A DNA stretch of 64,000 bases, taken from positions 12,152,001 to 12,216,000 of the forward strand of contig CM022677.1 in NCBI GenBank assembly GCA_012295275.1, in the 5' to 3' direction. This DNA is from Chrysomallon squamiferum (taxonomy: Eukaryota; Animalia; Mollusca). Position numbers and translations under genes: made by a program. The notes beneath the pieces were generated by a model that was not told where the DNA came from, ran no database searches, and saw only the letters and a program-made list of their open reading frames with translations. How positions within the stretch are numbered: position 1 is the stretch's first letter; every line of letters starts with the position of its first letter. This document shows positions 50,419 through 64,000 of the stretch, in pieces.

Positions 50419-53385
50419 TTTGTATATTTATATATGTATTAATATGATTGTATTTATTTATTTATTTTTTTAAGTTTTTCTAATTATATATCCCTAAATG
50501 AAATATATTACATATGTATGGTTCTAGAATTTAATTTGTAAGTAAATACAATATTTTATTTAGTGTGAAAGACTGATCTTATAACATTTTGACAGTTATT
50601 TTTAGAATAATTGGATAGAATTTAAAAACTGTTTTACTGATGGTAATAGAATGTTTGTTAAGCAGATTATAATTATTAGTTACGTAATAATTACGAGTTT
50701 CTTTTTATCATTTGTAAGTAAATAGTGAATTAGTATACATCTGCCAAATACTTGTTAGAATTACAAATCAGAAGTAAGTGATCAGTTAGAATGCTGGTAT
50801 CTTTTCAGTACAGATATAAATCTTGAAACTAAAAGCTGTTATTCATATTACATATATATAAATATATTACTTACATAGTTTTAGAGTTTGAATTTAAAGT
50901 AACAATGTATTCTCTGAACAGCATCATGACTGAGAGAACAAGTAGGAATCATCTCGTTTAGCGAAGACGAAATCAAATTTCTCTTCCTAAAATTTGACAT
51001 ATTTCCACATTGTTTGACTGATGTATAAGATACAACGTGAACTAAAACTGGATACAACTCAAATCTGTCATGTTGACTTATGTCTTCAACACAGTGAGAT
51101 CTCCTAAAAAACGAAAAAAGAAAAACATTTTAATATGAAATTAAGTGGAGGCGTTGTAATATTTTATTCAATACTGAAATCTGTTTTCTCTGTTATACAC
51201 AAATTCATACAAAGACTTGCAGATTATTCAAATATAAGGAAGACATTTATCAGTTTAGCTAAATCTTATGTAAAGCTGTCTCTATGCTGCTGCAAAGGTC
51301 AACTCATTTTTCCTAATCTTAATTTCCTTCAATGACAGGGTTTTCCTAGGTTGTGTTTCTGTTTTGTTATTTTCTAAAAAAGCAAATATCATGATGTATT
51401 ATATATATTCAGCTTCATTTTCATATTCGTTTCTAGATATGTGAACTTTGATAAACAATTGAGAAATGACAGACAAGTTTACAGTTTCCTTTATAGTCTG
51501 CCAAATTTCATACAAATAAATGAATTAACAGTTACTTAAATTGTGAAATTAATAATTAAACTGTAAGGTACATCTGAGCTATTTAGTGTAATTAATTAAA
51601 ATTTGTTAATTTCTGCATCATGCTTAAAAATACTGTTGAGCTTTAGAAATCATCATTTTGATATAAAACGTGTATACTGGTTTGAAACTGTATGATATAT
51701 TCAGTGTTCTGTTTGCTAAATGACTGAAATGCATCTCAGATTTTCCACAGATTATGAAGGAAAAATACCAAGCAAATTTTATTCAGATAAAAATTCGTGA
51801 CTTCCTTCACATCAATCATATTTTCGTTTAATTTTAATCTCTTTTTTATTTTGTCATTGTATAGTTATAAGTTATATATTTTAAAAGATAATTATATTTT
51901 GAAAATACTATTACAGAGCTGCTAAATAAAATTACACAATAATTTAAATGAAAAGCAAAATATAACTGATTACTCTGTTGATTGATGAATAAAAATTCAG
52001 CTAAATTTCTCCAAAAAAAAAACCCCCAAAATTACACTCGAGTCTTCTGACAAGATTCTACATTGTATTGTTTAATAATTCGTTATCGGTTATCTGCCCT
52101 TGAAAACTTTCAATAAAGCAGACGACGAAATATTTTACAAACTAAATTACAAACATGTACTCCAAAGTATATAAAGAATAATAATAAAAAAAAAAAAAAA
52201 AAAAAAAAAACATTTCAAGAAAGTAATATTCTACCATTACCTGTATATATAAAGGAGTCAACTCTTCGTGATTCTTAGAATCTACATTTAACTGAAAAAA
52301 CCCATATAAATAACAAATACCGCAAATAAAAGAAAAATCGCGCCTCCCCCGAAGTAATATATTATATGAAATTATATGAGAGTAATCTCCCTTCAGCTAT
52401 AGTTTCTTTCTTTCTTCTGTTTGAGGGGTTCTCGGTGTAAGTCATTGCGCACCACAGAAAATCGCTGATAACGAAACGTCGTATATAGCTGTATAATGAG
52501 TAATAAATGTAAATGTGTAGGTATTTCCAGGAATATCAAATATCAATTTGCTATAAACAATATACTGTATCTATTAATATGTGATAAATAACTAAAATAT
52601 AAACAATAAAGATAAATACAGTGGACGCTGTCAAAACCGGATGATTCATTGAGACCAACGTGATATACCGTTTTAGACAGAGTGCAGATTTCTAAATACT
52701 AAAATAACATAAAACTGGAATATTTTTTTATTACAAATCAGTTGTCAGAGGATAAACAGTCTGTCATTGATGACTCCTTGTAGAATAAAATGTACGTGAA
52801 ATTATCAGTATTTTTTATGATGCAAAATATAGAGAAAAATAAAACAAAACATCACGTTATTTTCACTCAGTATCAGTTTATAATATAAACGTCGCTGGTT
52901 TTATGTATTAACGTGAATTAATGTAATCTGTTCTGCTGTTAATCAAATATCACATTTATATGGATCTGACCTTTTATTTTATAGTGGCATTCAGCGCTGG
53001 ACTACTAAATTCAGAATTAAATAACTTAATGACTAGATATACAGGGGAACCCTCTGTTGTGAAATATTTTTCTGTAAATCTCAATTACAATTTCTTCTCA
53101 ACAAAAAAAAATATATAAAAAAAAAATACTGAAAAAAGTTAACTTTACTTGAATGACAAAATTTGACAAACGAACATTAAAATTAAAATTCACAGATTAG
53201 CTAAGTTTTCACATTTTATATATAAACTGCGACGTTTATTGATACTTAGTGAAAATAATGAATTATGTTTTATCTCTATTTTGCATAAAAATTTGAATAA
53301 AATTCAAAAACTAGGAAATACATATATAATGATACATTAAAATCCATTAAAAATTGTGCAGTCGGTATTAAAATTAAAATTATAT

Positions 53386-53416
<31 letters not shown>

Positions 53417-53469
53417 TATATTTATTTATTTATTTCAATTAAAGATAATCTATTTTTCATAATATTTCA

Positions 53470-56400
53470 AGGTTTTTTGAATCTCAGTTTATAAAACTGA
53501 AATCTTGTTAATTTATAGAACGTTAATTCCGTCCAGCAATTTGTCCATAGTAAACTACACTGTACGTCAAAGTTTCATGTTTCAGTAAATACTCAAATAC
53601 GATTTGTATCATGGAAGAACAAAACTGGACAGCAGAATTTTTACTGAAACACGTGTTATCCAGACAGTCAGCTACACGTCTGCACAGTTCGACTTGTCTT
53701 CACAAGTTTCACCCAAACGTTTCTTCACAAAACTCACGCCGTTGTATAGGACGAGCAGGTACCACATTTCTTAAAATATTCTGGTTAAATGCTAACTCGC
53801 TATGTATCAATTCTACAGCTACTGTTGAAAAAAGGGTACATAACTCTATATTTCGCTGCAGCATATTATGTTCTGTTTTTGATTCACGGTTTCAGATATT
53901 TAGTTTTATCTGTAATAATAATGTGATTTTTTTTCTTGTATAATCTGTAATACAGTCTATAAAAAATGACGTTAATCCATAAGCGCGCGCTATAATTCTG
54001 ATTATCCACTGATCTTCTATAAAACAAAATATTTATCTTGCGCATTCTGCGTTAGTAAATGTAAGTAATGTATCAAGTTATAAAATGTCATTTTATTAAT
54101 CTATCATCTTCTCACCTTTTCAAGTATACTCCTACATTGGTAATTAAAAAAATAAAAAAATAAAACTCCAGAAGCCCATTTAATATGTTCAATACACCCC
54201 TCTCACCTACATACTAAATTATAAAAAAAATGTTTTTATTATACGATGTAAATATTTATTTATTTATTTATTTATTATTATTATTATTCTCAAATAAGTG
54301 TCTCGCTCATTCTCTCTTTTTTTTGTTCTGTTTGTCAATAAAGAGGATTGAAAAGTGGATATCTCCAGTGTACTTGTCTGTGTGAAGCTATAGCTACGTC
54401 ATAAAATATATTGACATCCAGACTGGAGCGATGATGTTAACGTCTGAAGTCTTATGGATATTGAGAAGTAAAGAAATCAAACAAAGATTAAAATTTTCTT
54501 TTCTTCTATTGTTGTTGTCGATGTCGTTGTTGTTGTTGTTTTATGTGTGAACTGTAGCATTATAGTAAACACTACAGGTGTGATTTTACTGCGAGTAAAG
54601 TGAAAAGGCGAGGATGCGCGAGATGAATCTTGTTTATTATAACACAAGTTCTGTAAATATACTCTGTATCTATCTGACTATTATTTAACTGTATACATAA
54701 ACACCGTCTCACTGATATGAACTTTCGTATATAACTATCCTCTAAGGCAAACACGTATACCAAACTATTTCTTTTCTATATGTGTCTGTCTCTGTGTGTG
54801 TGTCTGTGTATGTGTGTGTGTCTATCTCTCTATCTGTTTATTTGTTGATAATTGTTTCTTTATTTATGATGACGACTGCAATACTGACATAACGACATTA
54901 ACGATAAAAACAACAACACTAATTGCAATAATACTACTTAAAATGATAAATAAAATAGTAATTTGGTCCTCAAATATGTTGTACTGATTATTGCTATATA
55001 ATCATTGTTTACTACTAATAATAATTAGTCCTAATCACAATACAAGTCAAATTCAAAATTTCAATAAACTAAACTCCTTGACAAATATCACACAAGAATA
55101 CAATATCTTCAAAGTCTGCACCAGTTGGGATTTCAAGGTTTGTGCAAGGATGAAGACAATACCAATTTGGGCACCCGTCACATCCTATGAAATCGTCAGA
55201 ATTCATTCCATCAACTCTGCCACAGAGTTTACATCTTTCTTGTGTATCTACAACATCTCTGTCTTCTAGTTCAGGCTCATCACCGTCAACGTTTTCTTTG
55301 GCTGCATCCACCGGTTCTGCTGTAGCATTCAAACTGAACTGCCGTTTTGACTTTGGTATCTTCTATTTTTTGTTGTTGTAATTTTGCCTCTAAAACATTT
55401 GCTTTCTTTGCCTTTTCTTCCTCCTCCTTCTTCTCCTCTGCCAGCTCTTCTTCATACCTCTTGACACGTTCTTTTTCTGTCAATGCCTTTTGATTTTATT
55501 GCCCCAAGTGGTGGAGTTAAATAAAAAGCATATTTCTTGCCTAATTATCACATATTAATCACGTTTCTTCTGCTGAACTTAAAAACCGATTATATGTTTA
55601 CCTGTTATAACTTAACACTAACCTTATGTCTATAGGACTAAAAAATAACACTCACTTTTGGAACTTCAAAATACAGTATAGCGGCTGCAAGTCATAATAT
55701 ACCTCGGAGGCCCGAATTGCCCTGAGGCCAGAATTACACCAACTTACTACTAGTTTTAAATCAAATAATTTTAGTGAATTTAGTAAATTCAGTGAATGAT
55801 CAATATTCAGGCGACTTGAATTATTTTTCTATTTTATATAATTTTTTTAATTTTACTCAACACTCAGTCTTACGTGTGTGTTAAATAGAGTTGTTTCTCT
55901 TAGACCACGAACTTCTGAAATAGATTACTCCTCGCATATGCAAGGTAACGGTAAATTAGATTTGCTGCTTTTAGATGAAAAGAACTAGTTTTGTATAATG
56001 TTTTGAAGCAGACAGAATCAGCTTATTAACATTCCCTGCATTTTCTTTTTCTTTTAACTAACCAGTTTCCTGTATTTTTGGTTTATTTAACGTGATATTA
56101 TTATTTGATGAATTATTGTAAAATTGCTATTTCATTTAATGTTTTTCATTTAATTTTATTTATTTATTTAATTAATTTATTTCATTTATTTTTAGTTGAA
56201 AATGTAGTTCGGGAAGGCGCAAGAGATCACGGTTTTGAACAAACATCTTTATCAGTGTAAATCATAAAAAGTTCAGAAAGTAGACGTAAAATAATTGTAT
56301 TTGGAAGTTTAAAAACTTCAGTGACCTCATGGAAACTTCCGATCGAAATCCAAGATGGCAGCATCGAACGCCGATCAATATTTACACACTTTTAAACATG

Positions 56401-56730
56401 TAGACCTTTATAATGCAATAATTCTACATGGATCATTAAAAGTAATTTGGAGAAGCCGCTTATACATAGATGGCTAAATCTGTGTAGCATTTGCTGAAAA
56501 TGTGGTAACATTTCTTTTTTATCCTTTTTTTCCTTTTCTGACGTTTACGTAATATGCCTTCTCGTACCCATTTCGTACTTTCTTTTTTTCACTTTTTATT
56601 ATGACATCGTCAGCCAAGAAAAAAAAAAAAAAAAAAAAAAATTAGTAAATCAATAAAAATAAAATAAATTAATTGAAATAAAATAAATTAAAATGAAATA
56701 AATAATTTTCACTGTCGCTGGTTCGATGGA
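53470..56730. repeat. Segmental duplication, inverted copy of ~3380-7270
   Basis: See the matches listed for 3380-7270; interrupted by the 54958-55750 insertion. Confidence 0.9.
54958..55750 (-). mobile_element. Deleted pogo/DDE_1-type transposon retaining a coiled-coil plus PHD-finger C-terminus
   Basis: TEKERVKRYEEELAEEKKEEEEK (frameshift) ..CKLCGR..FIGCDGCPNWYCLHPC..FLCDIC*. Inverted terminal motifs aatttggtcctca vs tgaggccagaatt / ggaggcccgaatt. Absent from the paralogous 4400-4560 segment. Confidence 0.65.
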
Positions 56731-56739
56731 TGGATATAT

Positions 56740-57593
56740 CCATATAGATATACACACATACATACATACATACATACATACACACACCCGTGTATAGGAA
56801 TGATAATGTATTTGTATGTTTAGAAGATGATTAGCACGTATATGTACATAAAAGGATAAGTAACTACGTGTGCCTGTGTGTGTGTGTGTATAGAAAAGAG
56901 TGGATAGATGGTAGATGATAACAGACAGGTAAATTGATAGACAGAAGAAAGGTAGATAATTTACTAGAAAGATAGATAGATGCAAGGAGGCATGAGTATA
57001 TACCTGCACATCTGTAAGAACGACGGACTCCGTTGCTTATGTATACTTATAGATAAATCACTAGATATATAAATACTTAAAAAGGATGTAAATAGATAGA
57101 GGGGATATACGTACGTGTGTGTGCGTGTGTGTGCGTTTGTGTTTTGTGTGACTGCAAGATAGACTGTGGCTATGTATAACTGAGAAGGTGAGATAGATTG
57201 ATATAGAGATAGACATCGCTTCAGAGATAGATTGATATGTTAGGTAGACAATAATTAGGTACATATATAGATAGATATATACAGCTAACATAGATACATT
57301 GATGTGTATCTGTATGTTTTACAGAGAACTGGTATGAACTGATGTGTATGTGTGTAATAAATATATGTGTTAGAGAGAATGAGTATATAAATGGGTGTCA
57401 ACGATTTTTGATAGAGTCAGATGATTGATAGAGAGATAACAGATTAAATATTAGTAAATAAATACATGAGTGAATAGATGTATGTGTATATATATATATG
57501 TGTGTGTTAGAGAGGGTAGATATAGATGGATGGATGGACACACACACAAACAAATATACATAATAAACTATACAAACAACATAAATAGATACA
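56740..57593. repeat. Degenerate (ATAG/TG/CATA) low-complexity tract
   Basis: Runs of taga/tgtg/cata up to the gap. Confidence 0.7.
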
Positions 57594-57793
57594 NNNNNNN
57601 NNNNNNNNNNNNNNNNNNNNNNNNNNNNNNNNNNNNNNNNNNNNNNNNNNNNNNNNNNNNNNNNNNNNNNNNNNNNNNNNNNNNNNNNNNNNNNNNNNNN
57701 NNNNNNNNNNNNNNNNNNNNNNNNNNNNNNNNNNNNNNNNNNNNNNNNNNNNNNNNNNNNNNNNNNNNNNNNNNNNNNNNNNNNNNNNNNNNN
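57594..57793. other. Assembly gap, 200 N
   Basis: Run of N bases. Confidence 0.99.
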
Positions 57794-58041
57794 TGACAAA
57801 CTAACTACCCGAGTAGCTACTTCTTTCTTTAATTCCGCGGATTTCACCGACGTCCGCAGTAATCTAATACACGGGCTTCGCGGCTGAGACGAGGCGAGTT
57901 CAAGTCTGGTTCGGGAAGCGACAAGCGGGCGGTTGACAAGTTTGATGAACTTGGAGGTCAAAGGACAGACCTTGACACTGTGGCCTTTCTTTGACACGCA
58001 GTGATAGCGTCATTAGGTAGCGTAAGTTAAGTTGTATAGGC

Positions 58042-58097
<56 letters not shown>

Positions 58098-58254
58098 AAT
58101 ATACATAAATAAACTGCACTCCTTCTGATGTATTATTTAGCTATTATTATACATACATCGCACAATTTATAACTGACCAGTCCTTGTCACACTGTTTTAT
58201 TCCCCTAGACAATTAGCACTTTAAACACTTTATTATCAGTAACTATTATTATTA

Positions 58255-58316
<62 letters not shown>

Positions 58317-59201
58317 TTCTTTATTTTTTCTTTATTTGGCATGATTACAGTGGTAAAGTGGTTCACTGTAGTGCCTCTTTTCCTTAATGTCATAAGAATG
58401 TTTTTATTTTATTTAATGGTTAATCCAAGTCTGACTGATGAACTTTATACAGCATAGATTAAAATAGAACCTACACTATGGCTAGAGTGCTGTAGTAATA
58501 ATGTGACACAGCAACTCAACCTAGATAAAGTACAACTCGTGTACGTTTAGTCACAACATTCACAATGGCGCTGTTGAGATATTTACTTGTTTCTCTTACG
58601 ATTATCAGCACAGATAGGTTTTATTAAAGTTTTACGCTAGAAAACTCGCCTGACATTTATGTAACACTAGCCTGTACGCTGAGACTCAACCTGTGTTATT
58701 TATTTCATATAATTAATGTTTGGTTCTTCATTGTAAAATAATTTTTGTGATATTAGAGAGACATATTCAAGTTTTCCGAATGTTTCATACTTTGGATAAA
58801 AACTTGTATGTTTTTTGTTAGTGTTATTTGTCACGGACCGTTCTCTGTACGCCTACAGAACAGAGAAACAATAATCACTATTTCCTATTTTACGACTGTC
58901 AGTATTTAATATTAATTTATAAAGTAATTTGAGGTGAGTATGTTCCAACAAGATAAATTAAGATTACCGCCTCCTGCTCGGAGCTTTGTTAAAACTGGTA
59001 ACTCTATTGTCATGTAATATGACCATATATGGCAACTGCTACCTGGAGTTTATAGGAAACATTCTCAGAATATAGAGGTTACTCTCTGCCCTTTATAGTA
59101 CACGACTTTAGTTAACTGTTAATGAAGATGGTGACACTTGTTGTGAGGTTTTTGTTTTGGTTTGTTATGATATTTCAATTTCGTATTGATTAAATATAAT
59201 A

Positions 59202-59858
59202 CAGTGGTACCTTGACTTACGAGTTTAATTGGTTCCGTGACCGAGCTCGTATCTCAGTTTGCTCGTATATCCAATCAATTTTCCCAACTGAAATTAATTG
59301 AAATACCATTAATCCGTTCCAGACCTTCCAAAACCACCCCTATGTTTTGTAACGTGTTTTTAAATAAGAAAAATGTATTTATAAATGACAAATTTTGTTT
59401 CAAACCAAAATAAAAGAGAGTGTAAACTGGATTTAACTTAGAGATCAGACAAATTATTTTAACGCCTTTGGCTGGAGTTACAACCTTTATCGACTCTTTT
59501 AGCTTCAGCATGGTGCATATCGTAGAAGTACTACGCTCGTGCTGCCTAGCCAAGTCGACTACATGCACACCTCGCTCATGTCTCGCTTCTTCTTCTCAGC
59601 ACCGTCCTTTTCATTCACTTTCTTAATAGCCATGTTCAGAAAAAGAAATTTGGTATAATACTGCACAACACGCGAGCAGAACACAACAAAGATGCTTCCG
59701 CGCCGAGGTAACCACGTGAAGTGAGACGCTGGATGCTGGCCGGATATTGTGTTGTTCGCTCCGCCTACTAGCGACGGCGTCTCTGAAACTCGCTCGTAAC
59801 TCGGATTTTGGCTCGCAACTCAAAGCATCGAATCGACCGGACGACTGCTCGTAAGTTA
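59202..59858 (-). mobile_element. Duplicate of the 40869 Tigger-derived element
   Basis: Same TIR; ORF 59275-59568 is identical in translation to 40942-41235. Confidence 0.85.
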
Positions 59859-62519
59859 CTTCAGTATTTATGAAATTTAGTAAATACAATATTATTTTCT
59901 CTCTCTCTGCATTAATCTTTCCATAGTCAGTGGTTACCTGTACATTTTTCATACTGAAAAATGAACTAGATCTGATTTATAAGTGGTTAAGAAGCAATGA
60001 CCAGAAAATAGGTTGACCGAATACACAACGCCTAAATCCTAAATACGGAAGTCGTTATTTGATATCGATATTCTAAAGAATGAAGTTGTATTATTAATTA
60101 TTCATTATCATTACAAATAAATCAAATGTTTAAAAAACATTTACGATAATATCGGCTCGAAATACAGTTTCAACGGATCTGATGTAAATATGTCTGTCCA
60201 TCCATAGTCTATCTGTATGTCTGTCTCTCTGTATTTATGCCAGTTTCTTTGTTAATTTTTATATGTTAATATTGTGAAGTGCATTAATTGTGAGATCTTC
60301 GGTACTGACAGATACGCGCAGTGTACACATCCGGCCTGACTCAGTATCGTCGCAGGCTCAGTCTAACAAGAGTGAACAAACAAACTACACCCGCCTGACA
60401 CCATTACATAGCATCACAAGTACCACAGACTGTCCAGTTTAACAAACGTATACACTTTTTATTGAAACTTCTGTCTTCTGGAACGTACTTGTAATGTGCT
60501 CGCTTTGGATATAAGATAATGTACAAGCAGAACATAATATATTCTTTTATCAGGGATTATCTTAATTAAATATCTGCCTAAATTAGAAATGCTACAGCAA
60601 GAGAGAATAAAATGGCACAAAGAGCAGGACCTAAGATCATCAGTCAGCAAATATGGAAAGATATCGCGTTTTTTCAGGTACAAGTGATCTGAATAAATAT
60701 ATTTCATTAGTTATTGGCCATAATATAGCTATTGAACTTCAAAGATTAGACATATTGGTTGTGTGGTCACTACTTCGAAATGTATGTCAGTGTGCCTTGT
60801 GATTAATGATTGAATTCATTTGAACAATACACTTTCCAACGCTGATACCTGTAGAATGATAACTCCTAATTAAATCATTATCAATCATGCTAACATTGCA
60901 TAAAATGTTTGGTATTTGGCAAAAACTGTGTTACTGATGCAGTTGAAAAAAGGATGCTCTCAGCTTGCATCAACACAAAATTACTATAAAGCCTTAAGAT
61001 TGGTCTATTTGGAGGGTGTCAGGTGTGTGTTTACTTAATTATCATATACAGGTTTGTTTTCTGAACTTTTTAAAAGAGTATCTATGACAACAAATATTCA
61101 GGTCGCCATTAGCAGGTAAGATTACAATTTAGGTAGGACAGACATTAAGAATTAAAAAACAGTAATCAGTAATAAATAAACAGCAACCATGTTACCATCA
61201 GTCAAAGTCCTTCAGTAGCAAACCCATCAAATACTTCTGTGAAAAAAATAAAAAAATTAAGTTGCCATGGTGCCTCTACTTTAAGGGAAATGTTTGCATT
61301 GATGCAATTACAACATTCATCTTTAAAAAAAATAAAAATGTTCCCCCTGTGTATGTAATTTGTTTCAATGCAGTCCTTATTACAAATGAAATGTCCACTA
61401 TTTCATAGTTATATTATAAGAACTGAGGTGTCTTCCACCTGCAGAAAAGACTTCACTACTATATAATAACATTTGGCATGTGTGTGGCAGTTTTAAGGAT
61501 CCAAAAGTGGGTCTTGTTGGCATTAAAATGTAAATTAGTTACACAAGGACATTTCTTTGATCATTTAATATTAGTAGAAAGATGCTGAGGTATCGCCTCA
61601 CCTTTTAATTTTGAAAATACAAAAACTACGGTTTACTCAACCAAACAAAATCCCAAACTTTCAGTTTCATTTGTATATCCAATATAAATGTATTTGCATA
61701 CCAAAAGCATTAGAAAACCTTGATGAACTATTTCAGTAAAGTTTCTTAAATATTTCTGTGCAACAGAATGTTTTCACAGGAAAGAGCACTCAACAAGTCA
61801 TTTTTATTATTATAAAATCATCAGAGGAACTAAGACTGTACCTTGATGCTGAGGAAAAATGCAGCAGCCTTTTTTAAAAAAAAAATTCTATCCCCGGAAT
61901 ATTTAAGATTTTCTAATTTATCCCTTCTAAATGTGTTTCATCATTTAGATCTTTTCACTAATTAATTTGGTAAAATAACTTTTCACAGTACAAAGAGAAG
62001 GGAAGTTTTGAGTTCTCAAAGATTTAAATTTTAATCATGTGAATGGTCTAGCAGCAATGGATATTTACCAACTTGGGTTCACTTAACAATGTAGGTGTAC
62101 TTTGCAGATATATGGAACAAAATTGAGGTTTGTTTGAAATGGTAACAGTGTGCAAATCGCAAATTAAATATTAATATCATGGAATTATTCTACTGAAAAC
62201 CTAGAAATTGTGATCACTGAAATCAGGATAAAAAGATCTACAGTTATAGTTAGGTTGTATTTCCAGAACAGAAAGTCACTTTGGAATTATCTACTACCGG
62301 TGCTTACACTACAAAATTAAATTTGGAATCCAGTGAATGTTAGAAAATGGAATCCAATTCTTTTATTTTAAATAAAATTGACATGTGACCTATGGAAATG
62401 GCAATACTCCCTTAGAAATAACTGTATTAGCACATTTCTTTTCTAATATTGAAATAATTTAGCAAAATGTAGAAAAATAACAACCAACTAAAACAATTGT
62501 ATTGTATATATTTTTGCAG

Positions 62520-62825
62520 GTTTGATGACCTTAACAGGTGTTGCCAGTGGTGTGTTGAGTCAGATCTACACATTCCAGTGTTCTGCATCAGGCAGCATCA
62601 CTTCACCTGTCAGCTTTCTAAGAAATGGAAATACTGTGTGTTTACTCCTGTCACACTGTGGTGAAGTCAGTGTTCTGCCTGGTTACCCTTGTACATGTGC
62701 TGGTCAGACTGGAACTTCTAAACTCCTCAATCTGACAATAAACAGTGTCAGTCTTGAAGATGAAGCTACCTGGACATGTACCTATGATACAAGTGCTAGC
62801 AACAGATTTGATTTACCAGTTTTGA
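62520..62825 (+). CDS. Gene B' V-like Ig exon
   Basis: Same splice sites as 44045-44350; one visible aa change (CSVSG to CSASG). Confidence 0.88.
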
Positions 62826-63031
62826 GTAAGTTATTTGTTTTTAATATGATAAAATAATACATTTTATTTATTTTAAATGTTATTCTTTGTTCTAGCTACC
62901 ATTTATTGTGGGGTTCTTTTATTCCATTAAAGAATTATGTTTTATGTTACAGCAAGTTGGATATAAAATGAAAATATAAAGTCAGCAAAGACAACATATT
63001 TTCTATTTTAATTTTTAACATCAAGGTATTA

Positions 63032-63065
<34 letters not shown>

Positions 63066-63380
63066 GTAAATGTCAACAATGTTAATCATTATGTAACTTG
63101 AATTGATATACAAGATAGAGGCTAACATCACTGAAGTTGGTGAAGTAGTTCCAAAGATAGGCCATTTTCAAAAATGTATTGCATCTGATTACTATAGGAT
63201 TTCATATTTGGTAATCTACAACATAACAAAAAATACAACAACAAAATATTTCTGTTCTAAGAATGGAACTTTAACCATTAGTTTACTTATTCTGTAAAAT
63301 ACATGAGTTGAAATATGCAAAAAATCCAAGCACTTATTTACATCCTAATTAAATAAAATGAATACAGTGTGTGTGTGTCA

Positions 63381-63450
<70 letters not shown>

Positions 63451-64000
63451 GTTAATCATATTTGTCCACATCTGTATATTTTGTGTTATGAACCATATCC
63501 AGTTTCTATTACACACATTTGTTTTAAAATGTTATGTTAAAAAAAGAATGATAGTTGTTAAATGTAACATATGGTGAAGGTGTTTGTGTCTCTTCATTTT
63601 GTACCATGTTTAATGATGGTAACACTCACATTAATGTTTTCAGCAGATGTGCCATTTGATGAAACCACACCTACTGATAAAACTTAATGTTATTGTTATT
63701 TTCAAAATTGTACCTTCCTGTCAGTTATGTGGCCTAGCTCCTTCAATTTTACAATACTTTTTTTTTCTTTCAAATCTTTAATAACCCCTAGATCTTTTGG
63801 TTCACTTATATTACAGCCTTTACAAAGAAGGAAAGAAAAAAAACTTCATCTTTGTTGAAAGCTCAGAGAAGAATCCTCAGTAGCTTGAATAAATGATGAT
63901 ATATATGCCATAAGTTATCCTTCAGTCTCTTTCACAAGTTGTCCTGAAGTGTGTAAATATGGGGGTATTCAGCTGATTTTATGGCATCATAAATATATAC

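Larger units (their letters stand above)
57794..64000 (+). repeat. Near-identical direct copy of ~39396-45598 (gene B' or an uncollapsed haplotype)
   Basis: Colinear throughout, with scattered SNPs, microsatellite length changes and indels, e.g. ~100 bp extra at ~60655-60760. Confidence 0.95.

Noticed and set aside
57398-57997. ORFs spanning the N run
   Set aside because: Artefacts of the assembly gap.

Overview
AT-rich, microsatellite-laden animal genomic DNA with spliceosomal GT-AG introns; probably an invertebrate, and a mollusc is a plausible guess from the Ig-domain style, but that is inference. The main content, largely missed by the ORF track, is a rearranged cluster of immunoglobulin-superfamily cell-surface receptor genes built mostly from phase-1/phase-1 exons. 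Gene A (17436-~30600, +) has a Cys-rich V-like Ig exon, a C2-like Ig exon and several candidate alternative anchor exons: a TM exon with a long tail, a GPI-like pair and two 102-bp TM exons. Module C (32900-35942, +) reads Ig-Ig-FN3-TM with a cytoplasmic exon encoding a canonically spaced ITAM (YERL-x7-YEKL). Gene B (38377-50266, +) reads leader-V-C2, then a frameshifted TM exon (secreted product) or a GPI-signal exon pair. There is also a near-identical copy B' after a 200-N gap and an inverted pseudogene (10823-15926, -). By manual alignment the V-like domains of A and B are ~55% identical and the C2 domains ~93% identical. The rest is degenerate hAT/Charlie, Tigger/pogo, Tc2-like and LINE remnants, MITEs, segmental duplications and simple repeats. 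All exon models were derived by eye and lack transcript support.
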